DNA from: Ginkgo biloba
Taxonomy: Eukaryota; Plantae; Ginkgophyta
DNA: 19,709 nucleotides
Direction: 5' to 3'
Assembly (NCBI GenBank): GCA_024626585.2
Contig: JANKJI020000004.1
Location: 134,057,375 to 134,077,083 of the forward strand
The position numbers and the translations under genes are program-made. Below the pieces are notes generated by a model. The model made no database searches. It was not told the DNA's origin and saw only the letters and a list, made by a program, of their open reading frames with translations. Below are positions 1 through 10,538 of this stretch, piece after piece. How positions within the stretch are numbered: position 1 is the stretch's first letter; the number at the start of each line of letters is the position of its first letter.

Positions 1-475
1 CTAGGAGCTTGTTCTTTGTAGTTTCTATTGTACTTCTAGATCTTCATGCTCACATCTATGGCACACTTGGTGGGACCATTACCCACAATCCCCTGATACA
101 GTTGAATTTAAATCTCGTTTATTTGAAATTTTTTTTATTAAATTATTAACATGTTTCCTTCAATGATTTGAGGTACGCTAACGACAAATCAGGACTGTAA
201 ATCGCTCGCATAGGAAATCTTTGGGCATCTAACGTTTTTCGTGTCAAATTTATGTTTTGTTAGCTGCCGCATCAAGTTTGGCCGAGTTGTATTGTGTCGT
301 AAGCCATTGCACTAGCTTGTTTTGTTCGCCATATGTTTATATTACTATTTATACCGCAGAAAACCATCTTGCTCGCTACTTTTCATGATTTTGTCGTTTT
401 GGCCATTTGGTTTTCACAAAACAGTTTTTCAGTAACTTATTTTGTAGAATCTAGTTTTTCTAATGTTGAGAGATG

Positions 476-811
476 CCCTAAACGGAGAAAGGAGTCAGTC
501 CCCATTTGCTTGTAAAATAAACTGTAGCTGCATGCATTACTTATAACATATCTAGGTCGAAACGTGATTGTTGTGTTTCTCCCTTCACATGTTCCTAGAA
601 CTGGGGTTGATGTTGTTGAAATAACAAATGCCCCACGGCTAAATGGTTGAGGAATAAGCACTGTAGTTGAACCACTAGGGGGACTAAGAGAGAATGTCTG
701 TGACCAGACAGGATTCTGTGCTACATTTTTCATGTATTTGGACTGTGACGATCTCAGTCTGAGAGTTAGCTCCCATGTCTATAAGCCTTTTGAGGGTGAA
801 TACATGCAAGC
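476..811 (-). pseudogene. VPS13: Internal fragment of a plant VPS13 lipid-transfer protein (SHR-binding/VAB repeat region, VPS13S/SHRUBBY-like), pseudogenised
   Basis: The minus frame of ORF 437..733, extended upstream, reads ACMYSPSKGL*TWELTLRL...WSQTFSLSPPSGSTTVLIPQP..GAFVISTTS...GRNTTITFRPRYVISNACSYSLFYKQMGTD. This matches plant VPS13 motifs as I recall them (ACMYSP, WSxxFxLxPPSGST, RAITFQPRYVISNAC..LxYKQKGTD). In-frame TAG stops lie at 779-781 and 812-814, and similarity fades after ~476. Confidence 0.85.
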
Positions 812-868
812 CTAGAGGTTCGGCAGTTGGTTAGTTCTTTTGCCACCCACTTCGCGATTGGCATCACT

Positions 869-1730
869 TCAAGACGTTCGCCTAATGAACTGTTTTTCAC
901 GAATTTCAACTTTACCTTCAGAAAGCCTTAGCTTTTCTAAAAGATCGTTGATAGTCTGTTCAACGGTTCTAGTTGCAACGCTCAGCTCCTCTAGCCGAGC
1001 CTGAGACATTATCAATTTTTCCTTGAAATCAAATATACATATATCCTTCATTAACAGTTCGCAAGGTGAGTGCAAGTTGCTCTTTTAATTGGGAAATCAA
1101 GTTATTTGCTTCTCCTTCACCATCCTCCATTCATTCCAGCCTATTTTGAAGTTACTTCGCCTCATCCCTTGAACAAATCAATTCTTTAAAGGTGGCTTCA
1201 TGCTCCTGATGAAAGGCACGTAACTCTCTATCATGTTCTCGAGTGCACGCCTCCAATTCTATAACCTAATTTCNNNNNNNNNNNNNNNNNNNNNNNNNNC
1301 TCCGCTCCTCCTCAAGTTGACATTGTAGGCGGTTATGTGCATGCTGCATATCCAACTTCCCTGTCTGAATTACCTCTAATTGCTTTAATAAGTCCGTTTG
1401 AGAGAAGATATGTTTGTTTCCTTTGCTTTCAAAGCCCTGTCTTTGTTACTCATAAACTCTTCCAAAGTAGCACATTTTTCCTTGCATGAAATCAGTTCTT
1501 GATAGGTAGACTTACATGCCATCTCAGAGCTTTCCATCTTCGTGTGAGTCTTTGATAACTCATACTACAAATCAGTCATGGACTGTTGTAACTTTTGGAT
1601 TTGATCTTGAGAACGTAGACATATTGTTCTCAAATATTTAAAGTTGTCTCTATAGTTTTGGTTTAATTTATTAAAAGGTGCTTATGGATTTTGGAATTCG
1701 CTCCTATGATCTTCATGTGACTATAATTCA
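869..1730 (-). pseudogene. Degraded coiled-coil (E/Q/K/L-rich, heptad-like) protein-coding segment, family not identified
   Basis: Manual translation across frameshifts gives ..SQDQIQKLQQSMTDL*YELSKTHTKMESSEMACKSTYQELISCKEKCATLEE.. / QTDLLKQLEVIQTGKLDMQHAHNRLQCQLEEER [gap] VIELEACTREHDRELRAFHQEHEA / LKELICSRDEAK*LQNRLE*MEDGEGEANNLISQLKEQL / KEKLIMSQARLEELSVATRTVEQTINDLLEKLRLSEGKVE. There are at least 3 frameshifts and several stops. Confidence 0.6.
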
Positions 1731-2176
1731 TTACTCAAGGAGCTAAGGGGCTTGTAGAGATACCATTTCCTTTTCTATCTTTTCTTTTTGTCCTTAATTC
1801 TATTATTTCATGATTTTCCCTATTTGTTGCCATGTTATTATCTACTATGTTCTTTTCTAATATTATAGGTTTTGGCTTGATTTTGGCTTGATAAACATTA
1901 ACATCCCTGTGTAGGTCTCTAATGTTTTGATCGTTAATTATCAAAGTTCTTTCTTTGTATTATTTTTTTTAATATTTTTTGTTCATTTGATTGCTAAATT
2001 GCAGAGAACATCACTAAAAAACTGCTAACCCATGTTGTGAAGTTACTCTAAAAGAAGATCGAAAAGCAAATGAACTGCACACAAAAGCATGTCAGCTAAA
2101 ATAAAATAAAATAAATTAAAAATTATTTCATTATTATTATTATTTTTAATTATGGTGTGTGCATAACTAAGATCAT

Positions 2177-2316
2177 GTATGCTCTTCTCTTGCGTTGCAA
2201 AGCGATCTTGAGAATTAGAAATGGCTCAGTTACCTTTTGTTTATCCCCTCCCCAAGCTTAGTCTACGTATGCTCTTTCCTCGCGCTGTTAGGCGATCTTG
2301 GAAATTAGGAATGGCT
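2177..2316 (+). repeat. Diverged direct repeat, two 50-bp units 90 bp apart
   Basis: 2177-2226 gtatgctcttctcttgcgttgcaaagcgatcttgagaattagaaatggct versus 2267-2316 gtatgctctttcctcgcgctgttaggcgatcttggaaattaggaatggct; 40/50 identical by hand count. Confidence 0.8.
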
Positions 2317-2705
2317 AGGCTTTTTATTTTCTATTTTTCTAGGGTCTANNNNNNNNNNNNNNNNNNNNNNNNNNNNNNNNNNNNNNNNNNNNNNNNNNNN
2401 NNNNNNNNNNNNNNNNNNNNNNNNNNNNNNNNNNNNNNNNNNNNNNNNCACCTTTGTAATTGTTAGTGGCTCAATGCTTGAAACCAATAGGAGGGATTAC
2501 TTGCCACTCCACTAATTCCTTGTGAAGCCTGTTAGAAGTTATTTTGCTCAGACCCTGGCCCTTCTGAGTTGTTGAAGAAATCATGGTCGATAAGGGCTTG
2601 CAAAAATATAAAACTAAAAGACAAAAGAGAGAAAATGGCAACAGTATTGTGCACCAGAAATTTTAGATAGTTGAAGAGACATCCCTTATTTTAGAAAAAG
2701 AAAGA

Positions 2706-2845
2706 CTTCAAAAACCACCAAATGAAGAAAACAAAACACCCTTCAAAAACCTCCCAATGAAGAGATTTCCCTTATTACCGAACAAAAAAACCCTCCAGAA
2801 ACTACCCCATGAAGGGGCTTCCTTATTACAGAACGAGAAAACCTC
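2706..2845 (+). repeat. Diverged tandem repeat (one short copy plus two ~52-bp copies)
   Basis: Units start at 2706 (cttcaaaaaccaccaaatgaag), 2741 (cttcaaaaacctcccaatgaag...ccttattaccgaac) and 2793 (ctccagaaactaccccatgaag...ccttattacagaac). Confidence 0.75.
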
Positions 2846-3172
2846 AAGTGGAGAATATAACATGGAGGAATCTGAGAATCAAATTGCTTGCATAATGGAT
2901 GGAACACAATACATAACTTTGTGATTTGGTCGCTCCTGAATCCAAACAAAATAATAGAAATATGATATTATAAACAAGAAGAAAACCCATTCATGCTTCG
3001 TATTTCATACTCCCAAATGTAGATAAATGTACAAGTATGGTTTCTTGGAGATTCCATGAAAGTCAACAGGAAAAATCTTTCGAAATCTATTTGCAGGGAT
3101 CCATCTTCAAAGCAATTCCTGATTCAATTCTGGCACCTGTGTTTTATCGAGGGCTAATGAGCCCATTTCACA

Positions 3173-3184
3173 TTTATATATAGG
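3173..3184 (-). promoter_or_regulatory. Possible LTR TATA box (CCTATATATAAA on the minus strand)
   Basis: The + strand reads tttatatatagg in non-coding, LTR-like context. No LTR termini were confirmed. Confidence 0.3.
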
Positions 3185-4233
3185 GGCTAATGTGTATATA
3201 TATTTTAAAACCTTTAACTTTATCAAGGCTACATATCACTTAAAATATAGTGTTAGCATTTGCCATTTATTATTTTGAGATTTAAAAAATTCGCCAANNN
3301 NNNNNNNNNNNNNNNNNNNNNNNNNNNNNNNNNNNNNNNNNNNNNNNNNNNNNNNNNNNNNNNNNNNNNNNNNNNNNNNNNNNNNNNNNNNNNNNNNNNN
3401 NNNNNNNNNNNNNNTGGAATGAGAGCGGGTCTCTAATGGAGGAGGAACATGAATGGTGACAAATAGGTACAAAATGGTTGCAAGGACGATGAGGATGAAG
3501 TTGAAGAGAACACACACAAAGGATATGAGGATTTCAGTTGTTAACAGAAAAATAAGCAGTGAATGAGATGCTGCACAAGATGTAAAATGAAAGGGAATTC
3601 TGATGGTGCAAGATTACAAGCTATCGTAGGAATTACTAGAATGATGAACAATGTTCATTAATGAGTACGACAGTTTGCTCAACAGTAGAAATGGCAANNN
3701 NNNNNNNNNNNNNNNNNNNNNNNNNNNNNNNNNNNNNNNNNNNNNNNNNNNNNNNNNNNNNNNNNNNNNNNNNNNNNNNNNNNNNNNNNNNNNNNNNGTT
3801 TTGATGTAACTGTATATAATTTTTCCAATAAATAGAACCACTTCTTTACAACCAAGGAAAATAAAATTGATTTTTTCACTTCCAATTCTCTTTCCATATC
3901 ACGTGAAAAGGCTCACAAGCAACCACCCACTCCTCTCTCTAATGGCTACTTTCTATTTCAAATCCAAAACTACAGCCCAATTGTCTTCCTGAACCTTGGC
4001 CAACACCTCTTCAAGCTCTCAAATCCCCCATGTTCTGCTTGAAGCCACTCTCACCTTTTAGATAGATAAGTCTCCAAACAACACACTACGAGCTCATGCT
4101 CCATTTACAATTACTGCATCAAAACTCTATTCTTTTCCTTCAATTCCTACTTCTCATACTCCTCTTGTTTAACTTTTGCCAACGTAAACCTCAATCCTAG
4201 ATGCAAATTATATTGAAGTCGGTTGTCCTCCTT

Positions 4234-4581
4234 TGAATGAACAAATGGAATTTATTTAACATCCACCAAGACTAAAATAGGTCTATTGGACCTTTACAAG
4301 AATCATCAGTTTAGTAGTAACTTTCAATGCTCTGAAATTTTTGTTATGAAGCTTCCTAGTCAATTAACATCTACAGTATTTACTAGGCTTTGTATATTAT
4401 CTGCTTTCACTATGATGTCACAAATTTTTTCTCAAAGATTTAAGCTAGCTAAGCACTCTAGAAGGGCATTTTGTTCATCGTCTACTTTGTCTAAATTACA
4501 TAATTGGCACACCCATTCTTCCCAAAGAATTAGTGGATTTCCCCACCTTCTCATTTCACTTGGCAAGTGATGGATGTTTGA
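4234..4581 (-). mobile_element. 3' end of a non-LTR retrotransposon (RTE-X-like LINE): C-terminal zinc-finger region, 3' UTR and CATT-type tail
   Basis: The minus frame 4581->4306 reads SNIHHLPSEMRRWGNPLILWEEWVCQLCNLDKVDDEQNALLECLASLNL*EK..., resembling the SHxLxxExGRW..WEERxCxxC..VEDExHxLLECxAY C-terminus of RTE-X-type LINEs. It is followed by AATAAA and a degenerate CATT..CATTCA tail ending ~4234. Confidence 0.65.
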
Positions 4582-4589
4582 GAAAAAAA

Positions 4590-5250
4590 CATGGAGAGAC
4601 AGATAAACACATCAAAGCTTTGAGAACAAGATATCTAAAATGGGTACCTACTTGCATTACATGCAAGTAGGCACCAAGAACTATTGCATTCCAGGAATAG
4701 TTCATAGTTACATCATTCAAGTTCTCCCATTTATACAATGAATTTCAAAACTGATTTGTAACCAATTTCTAACTACTAACCGTAACATGGAATGTGAGAC
4801 GTGAACGTCAATTAACATTAAATATTTCAACACTATGGACTGATTCTTAAATTTCTTTAAGGCCTTCCCATATGGATTACTTCTATTCATCGTACATCAT
4901 CATCATTTTCTAAGCTATCAGTATGCTATTTTCACTTCTATATTTGCTCTTGTGATATTGTCTTAAAGGCCTACCTTTAGGAAGTTATTATGGAGTCAAC
5001 ACATGGCCAGATTTGAAGTTCTTGATATGAAAAATCACATAGTAGATTCTAATCTACTCAATATGTAAAACTATCCAACGAATTTTGGCTATGACTACTA
5101 TATGTTTCCTTTAACCCTTTAACCCACATATCTATGAAATCAAACATGAAGTCTATCTTAGCCTCTGCCATGGATGCTTTGTCTTGTGCTACTCAAAGTA
5201 CGTGAAGTTTTGGTAGTTCATGTTCTTTGGCATTTTGTACTAAATCCCGC
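4590..5250 (+). mobile_element. Possible highly degraded Ty1/copia integrase remnant
   Basis: Short motifs only: ETDKHIKALRT (~4594-4627; cf. ETGKKIKVLRTD) and KLSNEFW (~5067-5088; cf. LPxxFWAEA). Confidence 0.3.
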
Positions 5251-6889
5251 ACCAGAATATTAATGACAGTGGTGGAAAAAGTCGGCCTNNNNNNNNNNNN
5301 NNNNNNNNNNNNNNNNNNNNNNNNNNNNNNNNNNNNNNNNNNNNNNNNNNNNNNNNNNNNNNNNNNNNNNNNNNNNNNNNNNNNNNNNGATTACCAAATT
5401 CTAATAGGTACAACCAAAAGCATGCAAAATCCTTAGGCTCAAAAGAAATTTTAATTCCATCCTGAATTAATGCCACCTACACTTGGGAAGCATATATGTC
5501 CAATACTTCCTCCAATATGTTTGTGGTTTTTCAAGCATCATAACAATCATGCACTACGTCACCTTTGTTTTGTCCAATGCCTTCTTCAAACTATAGAGAG
5601 AGCAAGTTTGACAACTCTCTGACATAGTTAGGCAATCGATAAGATATAAAGTAACCTTATTGCCCCCTCGAGGGGGTAGCTTTCCCTTTTTTTCCACTTA
5701 AATGCCAACTAACCACTATGCCAAAACATTCCTCAAATTAAAGACCCCACAACACCTACCTTTATTTGCTTGGTCACATTTGGCATATAAGGCAAGGCCA
5801 TTAGAGACAAAGAATCTTAAGGAGTCAAGAGATGGGCTTCAAAGCACACAAGCAACTCACAAGAATGGGAGGAAAATAGCCCAAAACAAGGCTCCAACTC
5901 AAGAATGGCATTCTTGTACAATTTTGTACAATTCCTAGAAACACTAAGGAAATTTAGAATCCTCAAGCGACTCCCACATCCACTTGTGCAAGACTTTATA
6001 AACACGAGAAATCCACTTGCTTGATGAATCCAATACTCAATACCTTAAGTCAAGCAAAACCAATTGCCTAAAATATAGGAAGTTTACATGACCACTCTCG
6101 TGAGTGAAGCCCAAGTGACCAATATGCACCTTTTTGTGATGTCTAACCTCTAAAGGCATCTTTCATTGTGCAACAGAAGCCTCAAGTGATGGGATGGTAG
6201 GGAGATTGGGTGTGATAGGCAACAAGTTGGTGGGTAGGTTGGTAAAGTTGCCATTCAACATGTTGTTCAACAATAAATGGAAGAAAAGAGGGGGCCCCAA
6301 TGGAGGTGCCCTGTTTTTATGGAAATTCTCATTTAAATTTTTAAAAAATTAGTTTGAACTTAAAAATTCTACCTTTTCCTACAGCATTGACTTATAGGCA
6401 AGGATAGTTTCTTTTGGCTTAGAATATAGCACCAATAAAATTAAACTTTGCTTTATGTTGAGTTTTTTGTTGCGCAACCCACTTAAAAACTCGTCTTTGG
6501 GGTTAAAGTTACAAATCAAGAGTTTACTTGGTAAATTATGGTAAGAATTAGTCCACTATGCATGTCATGTTGAAAACATTGTCATACTATTTTTTGTTCC
6601 ATCCCCCAAAAAAAAGGAGCATAATTGCATTCAAATTCTCTCTTAATGTCTTACTCGTCTTCTTTATATACCAAAAAAACGTTTTATGACTAGATTGTTA
6701 AGTAAATTTGGACTCAAATGCATGCCACATACCTAAAGGCTCTCGTGTTACCTCCACTTAAATAGATTAGGCATCAACAATGGCCTCAAAAGCCTCACAT
6801 ACATATTTGAGATCTTCTAGTACCTACACTCAAATGAATAAGGTATTAAAAATTCCCTCACTTTGGTCCTTGAGGTTTTTTGGCATCCT

Positions 6890-7335
6890 AGACAACTTAA
6901 ATTTGGACCCACTAACTATGCCATCGCATGTTGTTCCATGCAGATTTGACAACTCCACCACTCTATTTTCATGTACTTCATCACTAGAAAGGGTCCCAAC
7001 TAATGAGTTTTAACTTCCTCTAGTTGATTGTTGACTTGTCATACTTTACCACCCTTGAACCTAATTGAATTTTTCATTTTGTCAAATGTTGACCATGTCA
7101 ATGCTTCCTCCGCTTTTGGGTGATAGAAGTCAAATATTGTATCGTTAACCGTCTCTCACCTAATTCCATCAACTTCTCAAGTCTTCATTGCATACCAATC
7201 TCATCACTCGAGTCAATTAGCAACAACCATTCAAAGGCTCGAGATCACAAAAACAACAACCTCTTGTTCATAATTGAAATGGGGTGCATTTAGTGGTTAT
7301 CTCATAGGTAGTCCTAAATGGTCATATTGTTTACT
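6890..7335 (-). mobile_element. Ty3/gypsy integrase C-terminal remnant with GPY/F motif
   Basis: Minus strand with frameshifts: FRTTYEITTKCTPFQL ... LEKLMELGERR ... TQKRRKH ... KTH*LGPFLV / EVHENRVVELSNLHGTTCDGIVSGSKFKL (cf. WLGPY..V..NG.VxL..L.G..VNGSRLKxY). Confidence 0.75.
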
Positions 7336-7993
7336 ACAACCACTTAAACTAATGTAATAGTCCCACCTCTTAAACCTGCATGCTAAACTATTAAGATTTG
7401 TACCATAAATGATAATCAGAGAACAAATGCATTAGAAATATTCATTTATATTAATGAATCAAATACAACTCATGACAGGCTTAAAAGACTAGACTACAAG
7501 GGACAAATATAAACTTGGCAACTTGGCCTAGCATCCACTCTTGGCCATCAAGGACCATCTAAAAGGGCCTATTTGGCTAATAACCAAAGCTCTAACAGTA
7601 ACCTAATACACACTATTATCACCATATGGATATGAATTATCTTTCTATGCCTTATCCCAGTAGGAGTGTCAAGTGTAGGCCTATTTTTAATCCCTCTTTG
7701 ACACTATGATAGTCTCTCTAGTGAGATGTCCACCCTTGACACACATAACCATGCCTATAAATTTAACTGACTTAAACATAAGTGTGAGAAAATATCCAAT
7801 TTGAAAAAAAATATAACCATGCAATATTTATAGATATATAACACATTATGAGTGTTAGCATACCTCACAACACAAAAATATATCTGAGGGTTCTTAGGGT
7901 GTTATCCCTACCCTCATTATCAATAGTCCATGGTAAAAAAATAATAAATAATCATAAAGGGATATGGATTATAAAGTCCTAAATTAGAAAAAT

Positions 7994-9344
7994 GTAATAA
8001 ATGTATTGTCATAGTAAACCTATGCACTACCAATCCCCTCAATGAATTTCGCACTAAGACAAGCCACCACTTACACTAGATGTTAAGGTCTAGAACTTAA
8101 AAATTAGGGAAAAGTAATAAATACACTAAACCATGATGTTTATAAACATCTAAAATCACCCATAAATAATATAAAATAAATATTTAACTAAGACTTACCA
8201 ACTATAAATAGTCCAAATCTATATGTTTAGGGTTTAAAGACCATCATACATGCATATACAAGCATGGATTTATATTTTAAATTATTTTTATTTTTTGTTA
8301 ATTTATTGTAGGATGAAAATAATATNNNNNNNNNNNNNNNNNNNNNNNNNNNNNNNNNNNNNNNNNNNNNNNNNNNNNNNNNNNNNNNNNNNNNNNNNNN
8401 NNNNNTAAATACCTCTCTAGACTTAAATGTCTAAGTTCATCTCTTTAGGAAGTAATGACTCACTTCAAAATCTTAAGATGACATAGAGCATACATAAAAA
8501 TAGATTATTAATTGCTGAAAATAGATTATAACTTATCTTAGAGGTTTGTTGATTCCACAATGTAGTTTCCAACTATACTAACCCCTCCAATGAGGTCACC
8601 TTATCTCAAAGATCAGAGCTAAATATTTTTTAGGAACTGTAACCTTTAATAAATGTTAATAGTTAATTTTAGATATGAAAGAAATAACTATGATCCAAAA
8701 ATAATGAACTTTAAGGATGCAATCAAGTAGCTAGAACATATAAAAACACTTGCCTNNNNNNNNNNNNNNNNNNNNNNNNNNNNGATAATAAAGGTGATGT
8801 TATGGAATTATATAAGCTAAAAAAATCCCTTTTATGATAATAATTAGACATAAACCCACACACAAGGTTGATATTAATCTTAAGATTACCCCAAACCCTA
8901 AGAAATACTCTCTAGAACTATAATATCTCAAATTACTCCTTGAAGAGGGGTGCTAGAGAAAATTTTATGTGCTATTTATAGCCCAATTACTATATTTTAA
9001 CTAATNNNNNNNNNNNNNNNNNNNNNNNNNNNNNNNNNNNNNNNAAAATTTCATGAAAAATTTTGCCACTTTTTTTTAATTATAATAAAAAATCTTTATT
9101 AGCTAGATTTTATACCTTTTAAAGGGAAAATCTATATTTCATGGAAATTTTTTCCTTTAGAATTTATATTCTATGGTATGCGTATTAAAATATCCACCAA
9201 ATGGATAATTTTATATAAAGTAATTTACTCCTTAAATTTTTTTCTAAGAGGCACCCTTTGTTGGAAGACCCTCTTAATTATCCCCTTTATAATTTTATCT
9301 CTTCTAAGCATTTCATATTAAGAACTGAGAATTCACATGTATCT
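7994..9344. repeat. LTR/UTR-like repeat unit, copy A (more AT-rich)
   Basis: Colinear motifs shared with 9445-10439: atcccctcaatg 8033/9484, cctccaatgaggt 8584/10005, atatgaaagaaata ~8673/~10104, tttaaggatgca 8710/10141, gaggcaccct 9248/10382. Confidence 0.7.
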
Positions 9345-9444
9345 NNNNNNNNNNNNNNNNNNNNNNNNNNNNNNNNNNNNNNNNNNNNNNNNNNNNNNNN
9401 NNNNNNNNNNNNNNNNNNNNNNNNNNNNNNNNNNNNNNNNNNNN

Positions 9445-10439
9445 CAATAAATGCAAATGCATGGCTACACCCATACATAACACATCCCCTCAATGGATTC
9501 CTGCGAGGACAAGCCCCCACTAAGACAGAGCACTAGGGTTTAGAACCTGAAAACTAGGAAAAACAATAAACACACCAAACTCTAATGTCCATGCAAATCC
9601 AAAATCAACCATAAACCATGCAAAATAACTCTTTGACCAAGAGCGCCCTATTGCATCGAGTCTAAATCTACGTTCTTAGGGTAAACAAACCCATACGCAT
9701 GCATATACAAACATAAAATCATATTTCAGACTCATTTTTGTTTTTCTATCATTTATGGTAAAAATAATGCACAATAAAGTGCAGAAAAAATGGTAAAATA
9801 AATACTTGCAATTTATGGTGACTTACAACCAAAAAGAAGAATCTAAAGATGCCATATACTTCCCTGGACCACAATGTCTTAGTTCATTCCTTCAGTGTGC
9901 GACAACTCATTTTAGAAGCCAATGATAACACAATACTAGTGCAAATTGGGTGCTCGAAAAGACTTGTGACTTCTTCCAGAGGTTCATTTCAAATAGTACA
10001 AACACCTCCAATGAGGTTGCCTTGCCTCATAGGTCATATCTGAGCACTTCTTTAATGAAAATCCACACTCTAATTTGTAATGAATGTAAAAGACTAGTTC
10101 AGAATATGAAAGAAATACATGTTGTTTAGAAACAACAACTTTTAAGGATGCATTCAAATGGCCAGAATGTAGAAAACAACTCTTAGAGTGAAAATGCCTT
10201 TAGTAGGAGATCACTAGAAGACAAGAGAGATGCTTCAGGATTATCTAAACCCTGATAATTCCTATATATGCCAAAAAGATGGACACAACCCCCCACATAG
10301 GGCTGAGCTTAATCCTAGGGTTGGCCCATACCCTATGAAACCCTCTATGGCACTGTAGTCTCTCAAATCACCCCTTGAAGGGAGGCACCCTCTACTAGAG
10401 GACCCTCTTGGCTCTGTCCTTGACCATTTTCTCCGTCCT
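9445..10439. repeat. LTR/UTR-like repeat unit, copy B
   Basis: Same-orientation diverged homolog of 7994-9344, offset ~1.42-1.45 kb over most anchors; bounded by N-gaps on both sides. Confidence 0.7.
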
Positions 10440-10538
10440 NNNNNNNNNNNNNNNNNNNNNNNNNNNNNNNNNNNNNNNNNNNNNNNNNNNNNNNNNNNNN
10501 NNNNNNNNNNNNNNNNNNNNNNNNNNNNNNNNNNNNNN

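Noticed and set aside
91-104. ccctgatacagttg as a minus-strand PBS
   Set aside because: Only a partial match to gctctgatacca, with no LTR or gag confirmed nearby.
2706-2845. CRISPR-like array
   Set aside because: The units are degenerate tandem duplications without unique spacers, in a eukaryotic TE context with no cas genes.
4286-4570. ORF 4286..4570 (+), and similarly 333..515, 6780..7013, 14512..14784 and 17040..17255, as genes
   Set aside because: They are antisense shadows of degraded minus-strand coding remnants.
5390-5620. Possible copia integrase trace on the minus strand (LHAFGCTY)
   Set aside because: Motif too short and degraded to support a call.
5663-5676. Perfect 14-bp palindrome ccccctcgaggggg
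   Set aside because: Low complexity, single occurrence and no supporting context; possibly a polypurine-tract-like remnant.
6350-6890. Apparent in-frame extension after the integrase GPF motif (extra domain or chromodomain)
   Set aside because: No recognisable motif, and stop density approaches that expected for random AT-rich DNA.
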